In this document: positions 1 through 12,589 of the stretch, piece by piece
How positions within the stretch are numbered: position 1 is the first letter of the stretch
Layout of the letters: every line of letters starts with the position of its first letter
Assembly: GCA_964016885.1 (NCBI GenBank)
Contig: OZ024742.1
Location: 134,540,001-134,604,000 of the forward strand
Direction of reading: 5' to 3'
Length of the DNA stretch: 64,000 nt
DNA from: Eledone cirrhosa
Lineage: Eukaryota
Position numbers and translations under genes: made by a program
Notes under the pieces: model-generated
Told to the model about the DNA's origin: nothing
What the model saw: the letters and a program-made list of their open reading frames with translations, nothing else
The model's database searches: none

Positions 1-82
1 CCCAGTAACGAAATAAAATCAACGTAATTGATATTTCCCTACACGGAAATTATTGGACTTGCTCCTTAAAACGTTATTTACA

Positions 83-292
83 GTGGTGGATTGGCAGTAT
101 CGGTAGATCGTCTGACAACATGCCGCATATATTTACGTCTCTTTACTTTCTGAATTAGAAACCAACCTATGTTAGTTTTGCCTTGCAACATTAAGGAGTC
201 GATAAAATTAATAATCAGTACTGGAGTCTATTTAATCGACTTTCCCACTCCCCTTCAATTTGCTGGAATTGTGTCTAATGTAGAAACACTTA
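83..292 (+). mobile_element. decayed tRNA-derived SINE (family H)
   Basis: Starts GTGGATTGGCAGTATCGGTAGA and contains ...TTTGCCTT...GTCGATAAAAT..., like the better copies at 31175, 35568 and 62960. Confidence 0.6.
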
Positions 293-299
293 TTTACTG

Positions 300-1640
300 T
301 AGAGTCTGATCCGCAAGAGAACAGTCTGGAATTAGAGAAAAACACCATGGAAAGCATCCAGCATATAGCTAACTCCATCCACCAGAGTATTATAGTAACT
401 ACAGAATACCCAACCAAACACCCCAACCATCGTTTACCTGTACTGGACACAGAGCTCTGGTTAGAAACCATTAATAACAAAAAACAAATCCTCCATTCCC
501 ATTATGCCAAGCCCATGACTTCCAAATATCTGGACCACACCAAAATCAACATACTGATTGTGGATTTGGTACGGATCCCGCATGTGCAACCCCAAAAAAC
601 TAGAGAGACACATAGAACACTTCATCCACCGTATGCATTTCTCTGGTTACAATCAGAGACATAAAATCAGAGTATATAGAGGAGCCAGAACCAAATAGGA
701 AAAAATGGTAAATAATGATACAAATGGGATCTGCCCATTGTATAGGAGCAAATTTTGGAATAGAATAGAAAGAACTAGGAATAACGTTAATAGAATAAAC
801 TCATGGTATGATAGCAATAAATACCAGAGTGTAATGTTAATCAATACAACCCCTACAAGGGCCCTAGATAAACTAAACTCAATATTAAGATAGTAGAAAG
901 ACCAGGTCCCTCCATAAAAACACTTATTAGCAATACATACCCTTTTCAAAGACCTCCCTCTATAGATAAGAAATGTATAATATGTAATCTAAGCCCCCAT
1001 ATTAACTGTAAAACTAGAAATGTAGTATATAGCATAATATGTACTGAAGGACAATGTAGAGATAATAAAATAGTGTACATAGGTGCAACAGCTCGTAGTA
1101 TAGAATCATCTGTACTCCACCAACATGCTAAAATAGAACATAAGGGTAAATTAGAGAACATAGAAATGAAAATAGAATCTACACACAGAAAAGACGGAAT
1201 GTTTAGACAAATCAGAGAGGTAATAAACATAAATGAACTCCAACCAAAATTAAAAATTACAATTAAATAGAAAACATGAATGGAATAGGAACATCGCAAC
1301 TTACAATTAAGGACAAAATGAAAACACACACACACATAGAACAAACAACCAACCAGTAACATGTAAATAACTAAGCACACAATACACAAAAACAAGATGG
1401 CGTAGGACAGAACAAAGTAGAGGCACAAAAACAAAGAAAATAATCCCCAGTCACTGAAGAGGTCACATAATGTGTGACGAAAGAACTTTGACAATACATG
1501 AACAATCGTCCGGTTGTGCACCCAACCAACCAACCGGAAATGTATAAATTCTTAAATTTATAAATTTAATTTATAATAAATTGGAGTGAAAGCAACTGGT
1601 TCGTGTGTTTCTTATTGGCAATATGACCCTAGCATAACAA
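300..1640 (+). pseudogene. 5'-truncated, frameshifted Penelope-like retroelement (family A): RT thumb + GIY-YIG + pLTR
   Basis: ORF pieces 347-664 (MESIQHIANSI..LPVLDTELW..HSHYAKPM), 705-893 (GICPLYRSK) and 1073-1270 (YIGATARS) align with ORF 43479-44846. Ends GACCCTAGCATAACAA followed by (TA)n. Confidence 0.9.
1450..1492 (+). ncRNA. minimal type-I hammerhead ribozyme in family A pLTR
   Basis: gtca-CTGAAGA-g-GTCACA-taatg-TGTGAC-GAAA-gaac-TT-tgac: helix I gtca/tgac, helix II 6 bp, very short helix III. Confidence 0.75.
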
Positions 1641-1666
1641 TATATATATATATATATATACATATT

Positions 1667-1723
<57 letters not shown>

Positions 1724-3479
1724 ATATATGGATTTTCTATAAATCAGCTTTTCCATATTCAGGGCGGTTACCAGTAAGAATAGTATCTTGATATCATGTG
1801 TAGTATCTAATTAGAATTAAAATCTTATTTTCATTTCACGCATACCTATGTGATGACCCAAACATACGTTGATATAAAATTGCGTTTTTTTTCTTTCCCC
1901 ATCTTATTTTTTCTGTTTCTATACGGATGTTTGTATATAAAATGCGTTCAGACGAACTAAAAGAGGAGCAGTAGGGGGTGTCAAAGAAAAAGCTAGAAAT
2001 AGAGAGAAAGAGATAGAAGGATATTGATCCAGGGGCTTTATGTATAGGAACACTTGTATGTTAGATGTGCATAAAGAATTGAATGCATGCATACTATAGA
2101 CTATGAGTTTGTGTGTGAGTTTGAGGTTGTGATTGGAATTATGTACACTAAGTTTCATATACATGAACCCTCTTCCTTATACATATGTATACATATGTGT
2201 GAGTGTATGTATACATATTACTGTGCTGGGAGATGTGGGAATGTGTGGGCGTGATGAAATATTTTCAGAGGCCTTATAAAAATCGTTGCAACTATCAATC
2301 AGTCATTAGAAGAATGAACTCTCTCGATGCGTACAAGATCAGCTAATAGTGCTTCGGGCTACAAACCAATTAGGATCAAGTGCAAGTAGGGGAAACTATG
2401 ACTGAAATCCTAGGGTGTTAATGTATGGTGCAGGTAGTCGTGGCTTTTTGAAACATACATCTTAATCAGTGAAAATTAATGTATATTTGCTGGTCTTTGT
2501 TGAGAGTATGTGTGCGTGTTGCTGTTTGTTTGCCTGCCTTTCTATGTGTGTAAATGTCTGTGTGATCGTGTGTGTATTTATGAATATAAAAAATGGAGGA
2601 ATATGTTAGTGTGCATATGCTATATCTGTCGCTCTTCTACAGGCTTCTGTCTGATGTGGTTTCATGCGTTTGTGTGTTTAAGTGTCTATGTTAGAATGTG
2701 TATATTTTTATGTAAGGGATATTCTGATCGTGCAGAAGCTTTCGAATGCCTGTGACTGACAGTATGTGTGAATGTGTGACTGTATGTGCGTGTTATGCAC
2801 CAGTGTGTGTTTGTGCATCAGCGTTTATTTTCCTGCTAAATAAATATATATTCCTAGAAGTAGGTGTGATTTTGAAGACAAGTACATTATGTTCTTGTGT
2901 TGTACAAATACATTACGTTGCTGTACGCATTTGTGAAATAGTGTTCAATGAATATTTTATGTATTACCGTAGACTGTGGACAACTTTGTTATCTATGTTG
3001 ATATCAAACATACACTTATATATACTCATCTTTGAACATTTGTGTCCAATGTGTTCTCTTCTTATAGATAATTTAATGCATGTGGTCTCTGTTGCACATT
3101 AGAGGATGCAAGTATCTTAGGGTTGATGTATTGATTTATGTTTTTTCTTGTGTGTAAGTGTTCCTGTCCCTATGTGTGAAAAGGAAATATGTCTCCAATT
3201 ACAGAACATTTCGCTTTATAATGGGCTGTATAATAATCCTGTATGTGTCAGTATGATTATTTCTATGTGTATAATTTTCTAACGGATATGTTGAACTTAT
3301 ATGTAGTATTGAGTGTATCATACTGTGTAACACTCTCAAAAACGACCGACAACAAGCATCAATATTTGTCTCAACATTTACTTCCAACGAGGAATATGTA
3401 CGCAGGAAGGACTAGAATGCCTTAAAGAACTTCCCTATCCAGTTGCAGTAAATGGCGAAATCGTTAAATATTAAACCTT

Positions 3480-4050
3480 CAATGTTACTCAGGTAAATGG
3501 AAAGTGACCGCAACTAATTCATGACGAAAGTACTTAACTCCAGATCGAAATCTACGTAATTGGAATTGAACCAAAATTAGAGTATTAGGTAAGAAGCAGG
3601 ATAATGTTTGAATAATAATGTTCAGTCGCATGCGTCTCAGAATAAACATGGTGCTACAAAAGAAGAGGAACAAGGGTAATTTGATAGAGAACTGCATGTC
3701 AATAACTCAATAAATGAAAATGGTGAACACTTTGATAAAGTTGCACAACAAAATGTAAGCGTTTTAGATGGGTAACGTAGTGTTGCAGAATCATGTGTAA
3801 CCTGAGATGTTTTCCAAATCAGATGTAAAAGTGGTAGGCACCATATTACAACAATTGAAGCAGCCTGTGGGGCCATGCATCAAACAGGAAAAACGAGATT
3901 TGAATATCGACAGGTAAGAAAACAAGGATAGACCGGCTAACAGACATATCTGATGCTGAGACGATGACCAGTCTAAGCTGTTCGTGTCTGGTTGAGAATA
4001 ATCCTCAGGTTTACTAGAACTGGGGTGGATATTATGAGGGAGGTGACCAA
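3480..4050 (+). pseudogene. highly decayed RTE-like LINE RT C-terminal remnant
   Basis: Broken frames resembling TW..TKEEE and W.GH motifs. Many stops and frameshifts. Confidence 0.3.
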
Positions 4051-4839
4051 TATTACTTAAAGGTGGGCTGGGAGAAAGCAGTTCCTGAAGGATTTAGGGA
4101 AATAATTAAGGTATAAGTGATGTTATGCCATATTCTCTCTTTGGCCGAGTTACAGCTATATGTCGAATGCAATCTTCTAGCTGCTAGACAAAGTATTCGG
4201 TGGTCAGAAAGCAATGCCTCTTGTCTACAAACCTTTTGCTTAGGGTTTCTGTGACGATAGATTCGTTACAACATTAAACCACAACGAAGACAGTTTGCTT
4301 ATAGGTGCTAGGAGGATTTTTTGTTACATGATTATGACACTTCACTAACATCCTTGGTATAGCAGTGCTAGGGGTATTTAAAGCGTTGGGGAGATTGAAC
4401 TACCAGCCGATTTTCTAATATCTGTACCTTCAATGCCTTTGACAGTGCATGTTGTATAATTTTCATCAGCTTATTGTAAAAGTGTAGGTATAATATACAC
4501 GTCTAAACATAACCTAGCAAATCCTACATAAACCGCATAATGGAGGAAGGAAGTGAGGGAGAGAGAGCGAGAGAGAGGGGGAGAGAGAAAGAGACAGAGA
4601 GAGACAGAGGGGGAGAAATAGAGTGGATTTTCAGAGTTTCATTTAAAAAAGAGGTGAGCAGCATAACAATATTCTACAGTGACGTTGCTACTCTCAAAGG
4701 GTGGAATGAAAACAAGAGAAGGACTTCCGAGACTACTGATGTAAAAGTGTGTCATTTTTCTGTGCGAGTTTAGCAACATTTAACCTGTGGTGTCTTCCCC
4801 GGGAATTGAGAAACACAGAGCAGGCTTTGTTTACAACCA

Positions 4840-5006
4840 GGTAGCGTATTTGAAAATAAATAGTAACATGGGCTTACGCGGTATTTGACTGAATAAAATT
4901 AGTTTGTTAGTTCTGATTTAAAAAACCCTGTAAATGGAAAAAAAAAGGATAGGTATTGACGCACATGGGTCACGAAACCAGATCTTTGGTGTGCCACAGC
5001 AATGTG

Positions 5007-5008
<2 letters not shown>
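4840..5008 (-). mobile_element. diverged single-arm copy of tRNA-like family E
   Basis: AAATGGAAAA...GTATTGACGCACATGGG..GAAACCAGATCTTT resembles 11701-11752. Abuts (TA)n. Confidence 0.4.
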
Positions 5009-5048
<40 letters not shown>

Positions 5049-5054
<6 letters not shown>

Positions 5055-5258
5055 ATACTTAGGGAGGGTCATGTTGCCAATAAGAAACACACGCACCAGT
5101 CGCTTTCACTTCAATTTATTATAATAAATTTATACATTTATACATTTCTGGTTGGTTGGTTGGTTCCACAACCAGATAGTTGTTTATATATTGTCATAGT
5201 TCTTTCGTCACACACTCTGTGACCTCTTTAGTCTTCAAATTTATTATTATTACTATAA
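5049..5258 (-). mobile_element. family A pLTR fragment truncated at its HHR and fused to the family B terminal 30 bp
   Basis: 5049-5228 is the reverse complement of 1455-1640. 5227-5258 TTTAGTCTTCAAATTTATTATTATTACTATA matches 13718-13747 and 61532-61562. Confidence 0.8.
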
Positions 5259-5397
5259 ATATATATACATATATATATATATGAATGTATATATAGTGTA
5301 TTTTGCAATACACTGTATGCTTAATTAAAAGCATTACGCTATTGTTTTAAAGTAGTGACAATGTCACTTACTTACATTTTCAGCAAAAAAGGGGAAT

Positions 5398-5445
5398 TAA
5401 GCTGACAGAGCTATGTTTCGCACTTTTGGTACTTATCAAAGCTCA
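5398..5445 (-). ncRNA. hammerhead ribozyme, U3-A8 core variant (family F)
   Basis: Minus strand: tgagct-TTGATAA-gtac-caaaa-gtgc-GAAA-catagctctg-TC-agctta. Confidence 0.7.
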
Positions 5446-5820
5446 CCACTTCACCTGTCTGCTGAGAATTATAAATGTTGGATTCTTATAGAATTCCAGT
5501 AATAATCAGGAACTGATTATACCGAGCGGTTGCCGGTCCATCAAAAATTGAAAATTAGAATCGTTGCTCTGAAATAGCGATATATATATATATGAATGTA
5601 TATACAGTGTATTTTGCAATACAATGTATGCTTAATTAAAAGCATTTTGAAGACTTAACGCTATTGTTTTAAAGTAGTTTCAGTGTCACTTACTTATATT
5701 TTCAGCAAACAGGGGGAGATAAGCTGATAGAGCTCTGTTTTGTACTTGTTGACATTACTTGTTCGTACAAACCTTTATAAGAATCCAACGTTTATAATTT
5801 ACAGCAGTCAGGAGGAGTGC

Positions 5821-5869
5821 TAAGCTTTGATAAGTGCCAACAAGTACGAAACAGAGCTCTGTCAGCTTA
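5821..5869 (+). ncRNA. hammerhead ribozyme, U3-A8 core variant (family F)
   Basis: taagct-TTGATAA-gtgc-caacaa-gtac-GAAA-cagagctctg-TC-agctta: 6-bp helix I, 4-bp helix II, palindromic helix III ACAGAGCTCTGT, GUC cleavage triplet. Confidence 0.85.
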
Positions 5870-6005
5870 TCTCGCCTTGTTTACTGAAAATATATGTGAC
5901 ATCTTCGTAAGATCTTCAAAATGCTTTTAATTAAGCATAAAGTGTATGGTCAAAATACACTGTATATACCTTCATATTTATATCGCTATTTCAGAGCACC
6001 AATTC

Positions 6006-6086
<81 letters not shown>

Positions 6087-6649
6087 CATGTATATAAGCG
6101 TGTGTGTAGGTGTATGTGTGCATGTATTCGTGTATGTGTGTATCTGTATTTGTGTGTATTCTCTGTCATGTATGTCTATATAAATATATATGTAGATTGC
6201 TATATAAGGTGTATCTCAAAGTGTTGTTCTCCAAATGATTGCACTATCGAGCCAGAATTATATTTGCAGAAATTGGAGCTAATGTGAAGCGATAAAAATA
6301 GTAGGAGACGGGCATTGAAGAGCTGATTTATCAGTTTTAATTATATAGAGACAGGTGTTGTAACTGAAATATTCCCTTTAAATGATTAAACCAATATAGG
6401 GATGTCTGGTATTGCTATCATGATCCAACAAACAGTATGTTTATTATAATTTAATAGACTTGTAAATTTTTGATATACTAATGTAAAATGGACGTCTGCA
6501 TTGTAAAAGCAGCGGAGTTGTTGCCATTGTATTTTGGAAACACTTTAAAAAAAGAAGGAAACGTGTCAGTTACGTATGTTAGTTTGCATGTATGTATGTA
6601 TACATTTATGTATCTATGTATGTATGTATGTATGTATGTATGTATGTAC

Positions 6650-7215
6650 AACCTTTCTCATGGTCGGGTCGTTGGCGACTAAACGGGCAATCCCACGAAG
6701 TTTTCTTGGTGAGGAGCGTGACTTTGGACATCCTGCAGGACTAAAAACAAAACCTGTCAAAGAGCAAAGAGCTCTTAAGGGTCAATGGCCATCCAAAATC
6801 ACCGGGAGAGATGATCCCTTAGCCTTTGTCAAGGCAGAATTCTAGGAGAAGGAAAACTCTGATATAACACCTGCAACCCTGATAGTATCCAATGATGTTG
6901 ACTTGTTATTCTTTTTGGTAAATATCATCTTGGTTAAGAGAGTGGGACTGGCTTTGTGCAGTGCCTTTGATCACTATAAAAATTCACGGCACAGGCATTG
7001 CTTTATATCTGGAGATCTCTCTGCACTTGTCACATGGTACCATGGTCCCAGCACTATGTGTCAATAATTGTCACAAGTGTAGTGTTTGTACCAGAGTTTT
7101 CAAGTCGCAGGCTGGACTAAAAAGTCACACTCGTTCAGCGCATCGGTAGGGGTTCTTCCACATGGATATAAAGTAGTGGCCGTACTCGAAAACGAGTTGG
7201 CAGCCACCATGTATG
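6650..7215 (+). mobile_element. non-autonomous RTE-like element (5' end + C2H2 3' end) flanked by (TATG)n
   Basis: 3' part encodes CSVCTRVFKSQAGLKSHTRSAH, the type of terminal zinc finger found in RTE/BovB ORFs. Ends in TATG repeats. Confidence 0.6.
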
Positions 7216-7229
7216 TATGTACGTATGTT

Positions 7230-7835
7230 ATGTCGGATCACTCTTGAGTGCTACTGGTAACATGTAAGACAGTCAAACCTGTCGCATGATCGGGTCGTCG
7301 GTGACTAAACCGGCAACCCCAGCAAGTTTACTTGGTGAGGAGGGTGATTTTGGACACCCTGCAGGACAAAAAACAAAACCTGACAAAGAGCGGAAGAACT
7401 CATAAGAATCAACGGCCATCCATAAGTGTGTAATATGTGTACACACATGTACATATGTATGTATATGTATATGTGTATATACCTGGGTGCATATGTGTCG
7501 GGCTGGACAAACGATCGGTCGGTTAAACCACTGGGAGTGAAGGACCCCTAGACATTTTCAGGGCATTATTCGAGGAGAAGAAAACTCAGGAAACTGGGAT
7601 AACTCCGATATAGAACCTGCGGCTCAATAGTTAGCGATGATGTTGATCTTTTTTTCTTTTCGGGTTATAGCTACTGTCGTTCAGAGCGTGGGATTTGCTC
7701 AGTGCACAGTCTTTCCACACTTTAAAAAATATCATCATACACAGGCATTGCACGATAGAATTAATTAATAATTATTAATAATGGTATATCGTGCAATGGC
7801 CTTACTCGATAATGAGGGGGCAGCCATCATGTACG
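7230..7835 (+). mobile_element. second related non-autonomous RTE-like copy
   Basis: Shares GGGTCGT.GG.GACTAAAC.GGCAA, GGACA.CCTGCAGGAC and the 3' end TACTCGA...GGCAGCCA.CATGTA with 6650-7215. Confidence 0.6.
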
Positions 7836-8185
7836 TAGGTATATACGTAGACAGGTAGGTAGGTAGTTATGTATGTGCCAATGGATGAACAATCATACAT
7901 AATATGTAAATGTATATATATTAATTACAATGAGCTGATAAAGTTGACATAATCTGATTTCCATTACAAATATAATCCTTCACCAACTGTAAGAACATAC
8001 AGCCATGACTAGTAACTTGATATCAGTATAAATATGCAGTTATATCATATTTAGTAGGATTAGTCTTTGACTACACAGCTGAGGGAATTTTATGCCAGTT
8101 TTATCTCCTTTTACACTATGTACTGGCAAATATATTGTACAGTTAATTAGATTTACAGGAAATGATATACGTGCAATTGATTGCC

Positions 8186-8244
<59 letters not shown>

Positions 8245-8947
8245 CCTCTCCATGGAGCTGAATGCCGCTGAAGAAGCGTTTCCTGTCTAATTACATAATG
8301 TATACTAACATTCTACACATGGTGCTTCCATTCCAGCCACTGCTGTCAGATCGTATTTGCAGAAACTGGTGCATCAGTCCGGCCATCTCAAATGTTCTAC
8401 GTCCCCGAATTCGTTTTCATCTCTGCTTAAAGTTTACGCGTACACTCTAATAGGTTTGGTTCGAATTTTAATAATTGGAACTAAATGAAATTATTGAGTG
8501 AGGAAACCAACAAAGCTATGTCCATTTTATTCGATAAGCTTCATTTAATATTATATATATATGTTTATCTCCGTGTGTGTGTATATGTGTGTGCGTGTTT
8601 GTGTGTGTGTATTTTACGTACTTCTAAATTGTTTATGTAAAATAATTGTCTCAGAGATAATATATGATTTTTTAAATAATTATTTATTGTGAAAGAATGG
8701 AGGTAATCACTTCTGACATTTCATTTATATTGAGACATGTGATATTGATGATGTTGATGGCTTGCATAACATTCTACACGGAAGACGTCAGACAGCACCA
8801 GGGTATTAGTGGGGTAACTGGGTTGGGTTGGACAGGAGATGGCTGATGACAAAAGAACATTCTAGTATTTGGGGAGAACATAACTCGAAGATGGTTGAGA
8901 CAGACCAGACGAAAAGTTTGATATCATAGTAAATTTTGTAAAAGAGT

Positions 8948-8999
8948 AGAGAGAGAGAGCGAGAGAGAGAGAGAGAGAGAAAGAGGGAGAGAGAGAGAC

Positions 9000-9084
<85 letters not shown>
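8948..9084. repeat. (GA)n microsatellite
   Basis: Directly visible. Confidence 0.95.
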
Positions 9085-9085
<1 letters not shown>

Positions 9086-10974
9086 GTGTTAGGCAGATTT
9101 TTTCAACCAGGTAGTGGAGCCATTCTTCGAGAGAATTTATAGCATTTAACTAAATGGCTTTACTTAGGAAGTAATATACCATACTAGACAAAATATTTTA
9201 AAACAAATATCTAAGTAGGTGTCCACCTTTGAGTAAAATATAGATCGTGTTTAACGGAAGACACAATAAATACGACAAGAGGGTGAGAAGGAGAGTGGGA
9301 GATAAGGAGAGAAAGAATGAACGTTAGGCATAGAATTTAGTGTTTGAAAGGGATTCACGTTTTGTTTTACAAATTGGACACGGTTTTCCTTGTTTCCAAA
9401 AATTTTTAGAAAGCTGAAGAAAAGGAAAGTTTTGTATGTGATTGAAGACACTGTTTAAGGTAATTTGAAAGGAACGTGTGTGTTTCAATGAAAAATGTTA
9501 CTTTCGTACTTGTGATATATATATTCAAGGTGGTGTGACATGTAGTGGGAGAAAATGTGGGAAGGATTATAGACTTTTTCTGCGGTATTGAGAAATATAA
9601 TTTTTGTGAAATGGAGTAAAAAGAAATCCTTCAAATTTGGTGAAGATCGTTTTGACAAGATTCCAGAAGGGTATGGAGAGAGTCACATGCATGGAGGCAT
9701 TGTTAAAATGGTCGTCATCAACCTTGAAGGTTTTCCTTTTACTCCGATTCCAAAACATTATGTTTCTCAAATAAATTTACAGCGCTCGAATTAAAACACA
9801 AATAGCATATCTCTCTCGTTTTCTCTCTTTGTCTTTCTCTGTGTGTGTGTGTGTACGTGTGTGTGAGAGAGTGTGTGTATGTGTGTGAGTGTGTATGTGT
9901 GTGTATGTGTGTGTGTGAGAGCGAGTGTGTATGTGTGTGAGGGTGTGTGTGTACTTACGTATGTATATACACATATAAATACGCGTGTGAGTGTGTTTAT
10001 ATATGTGTAAATTATATATATGTTTGTGTGTATGTGCGCGCGCGCGTGTGTGTGTGTGTGTGCGCGTGTGTGTGTGTATACAATAATACAAAATAATCAA
10101 GGTAACCAACATATATTCACTCCTTTATTTCTACGTCCGTTTTAATAGAAACATTCGTCAGTCAATTAAATTATTTAATTTTATTTATATCTTGGTTATT
10201 TTATATATATTGTTTTATATATATATGCTCTCTTATAATGTAAAACTAATGTGATTGAAAATTTACAGATTGACTTAAAATCTAAACTGTCTTTTATCCA
10301 ATTTACTGTGGATTACCATATCATATTTGAGCTTTGAAATATTCTTTATCTTTATAGGGCTGTATTATAAACTCATCTAAAGACTTGCGCCCTCATCAGA
10401 AGACATGTATATCATTAAAATCCCAAGAGGAAACATGTATTTGACGGGCTTATTACTCGACTACATACAAAATATGTGTATATTTATTTACACGTTGTGG
10501 CAGTCTGGGTTATACACACTGTGTAAATACAGATATAACTTTATCATACACTTCGGCTGCTAGAGCATTTCTTAATATATATGTTAATAAATTGCCAACA
10601 ATAGCGCCAATCAGGACGCGTATTTCAGGATAATACTAAGAGTGAATGGGTACTTAAAACCGCCAAATATACGTCCCCTCGTGCTTGTTTGAATGGTGTA
10701 CACGGCTTCTTATGGAGGACATTATCATATTCAATTTACCGGATGGTTTGTATTTTCTCCCGAATTCTCATGTCTACATATTAAATATGTCACTGTTTAT
10801 ACAAAAATGGGTGCAGACTCGGTTACTCACTCGGTATGTATATATATATAATTTTAATGTAAGTATATATATGCGTGTGTGTGTGTGCGAGTGTCTGTGT
10901 TGTCGGTTTAACTATCATCAGTTAAATATGTTTATTTAGAGAGAGAGAAAATGAGAGAGAGAGACTCGCAGAGA

Positions 10975-11005
<31 letters not shown>

Positions 11006-11577
11006 TCACACATATACATAGAGATGTGCCTACGCACAATAAAATGTCTGTTAGATCAAAATATTCCTGATAATTAAGACTAGATTCCTTATAAATATAA
11101 TGGTTAATTGGTAACGTTACTTTTTAGATAAATCAATAAATCCGCTGCAAACATTCCGTGCAATTATGTAAAGCAATGTCATATATATTTATGATATTGT
11201 ATACCATTAGCTTCTGCTGTATTTCGATCAAACATCATTGATATATTCACCAGAAGTTTAGCGTTAAACACTTGCATGTAAATATTACATAAAAATCAAC
11301 CGCAAAATATCCCTGATATATTTGAAGTATCTACTCTATAAACCTTCTATTGGAGTCATCAATAACTGTGATTGTGTAGAATGACTTCTGTATTTCTCAT
11401 CCCGCTTTGGTAAAAAAAAAGAAAGGCTGAATAACAGTTGGTTACGTTTTGCCAATCAGTGCAAATCACTTTTTACGTTGAACACCTGTACCATGTACAG
11501 CGTATACATACAGAAAAATACACATACACGCACACATACATACACGTGCACACACACACACACACATATATATATAT

Positions 11578-11961
11578 TAAGAATGTTTTCGAAACAACGA
11601 GTGGGTTTGAAATTATTAGAAATGTAAGCTATCGCCGTATTTTGAATAAAGAAATTAAAGAAATTATTTAACCTGGTAGTGGGGTTAAGAACCCTCGGAG
11701 AAATGGAAAAAGATGAGCATTGACGTACATGGGAGTGGAACCCACATCTTTCGTTATCCGGACCACTGTGCTACCATTTACACCAACAGTTGGTGTAAAT
11801 GGTAGCACAGTGGTCCGGATAACCACATATGTGGGTTCGACTCCCATGTACGTCAATACTCATCTTTTTCCATTTCTCCGAGGGATCTTAACCCCACTAC
11901 CAGGCTAAATAATTTCTTTAATTTCTTTAGTCAAAATACGGCGATAGCTTACATTTCTAAT

Positions 11962-11966
<5 letters not shown>
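11578..11966. mobile_element. family E: palindromic element with tRNA-like core, inserted in (TA)n
   Basis: ~175-bp arms around a 1-nt centre at 11788 (CACCAAC-A-GTTGGTG). The right arm has A-box-like TGGTGTAAATGGT and B-box GGTTCGACTCC. Confidence 0.85.
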
Positions 11967-12003
<37 letters not shown>

Positions 12004-12589
12004 ATTGACTTATTTGGTTTGTTGAGCATTCAACAAAGTTAAATTTGAAACAGATTAGCAACACTCAGCAGGATTTTCCGGAGTATTATTAATATCATTA
12101 ATATTAATAAATGGAAACTATCTTTATAAAACCATATTTATTTTATTATACATATTTTAAAATTTAAGTACGCTTTCCTCAGATAAAATATAATAATTGG
12201 TGTTAAGATAGTGACATATCTTCATGTGTACTTCATGTTATAATTTCAGTGAAGATAGTGAATATAATTTTTCAAAACTCAGGGAAAATATGCTAATGAG
12301 GATAACATTAAAACTGAAAAGATCCGTTAAGTTTAGACGCTATATAGATTTTAAATATTTATTTTTAAAAAAATATATTGTATAGTTATTTTATAATTAT
12401 TTTTAGAAATATGCATATATCCACCCAAACATATTTACTTGGGTATAGAAAGAATGATATAATTATATTTATTTATTTATTTAATTTGTTGATATATTTT
12501 AAGAATATGGAAGTATTTATAATATTTAGGTGAGAATTATAATGTATTGTATTAAATTGTGAACTATTAATTTATTAAAGCAATTACAA

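Larger units (their letters stand above)
5281..6008. mobile_element. family F HHR-bearing repeat: direct copies plus an inverted arm, in (TA)n
   Basis: 5281-5460 is repeated at 5592-5754. 5775-6000 is an inverted copy. Another copy lies at 25410-25692. Confidence 0.85.

Noticed and set aside
946-1533. Hydrophobic antisense ORFs (946-1533, 15888-16418, 44510-44935)
   Set aside because: Shadows of the A-rich PLE coding strand. Boundaries are not conserved between copies.
10380-10402. Partial HHR-like hairpins (10380 minus, 22047, 26402, 48430 minus, 50000)
   Set aside because: Each lacks the GAAA box or the helix pairing. Too degenerate to support.
11789-11856. Functional tRNA gene
   Set aside because: The 5' acceptor strand is missing, the anticodon loop is non-canonical, and it is embedded in a repeated element.
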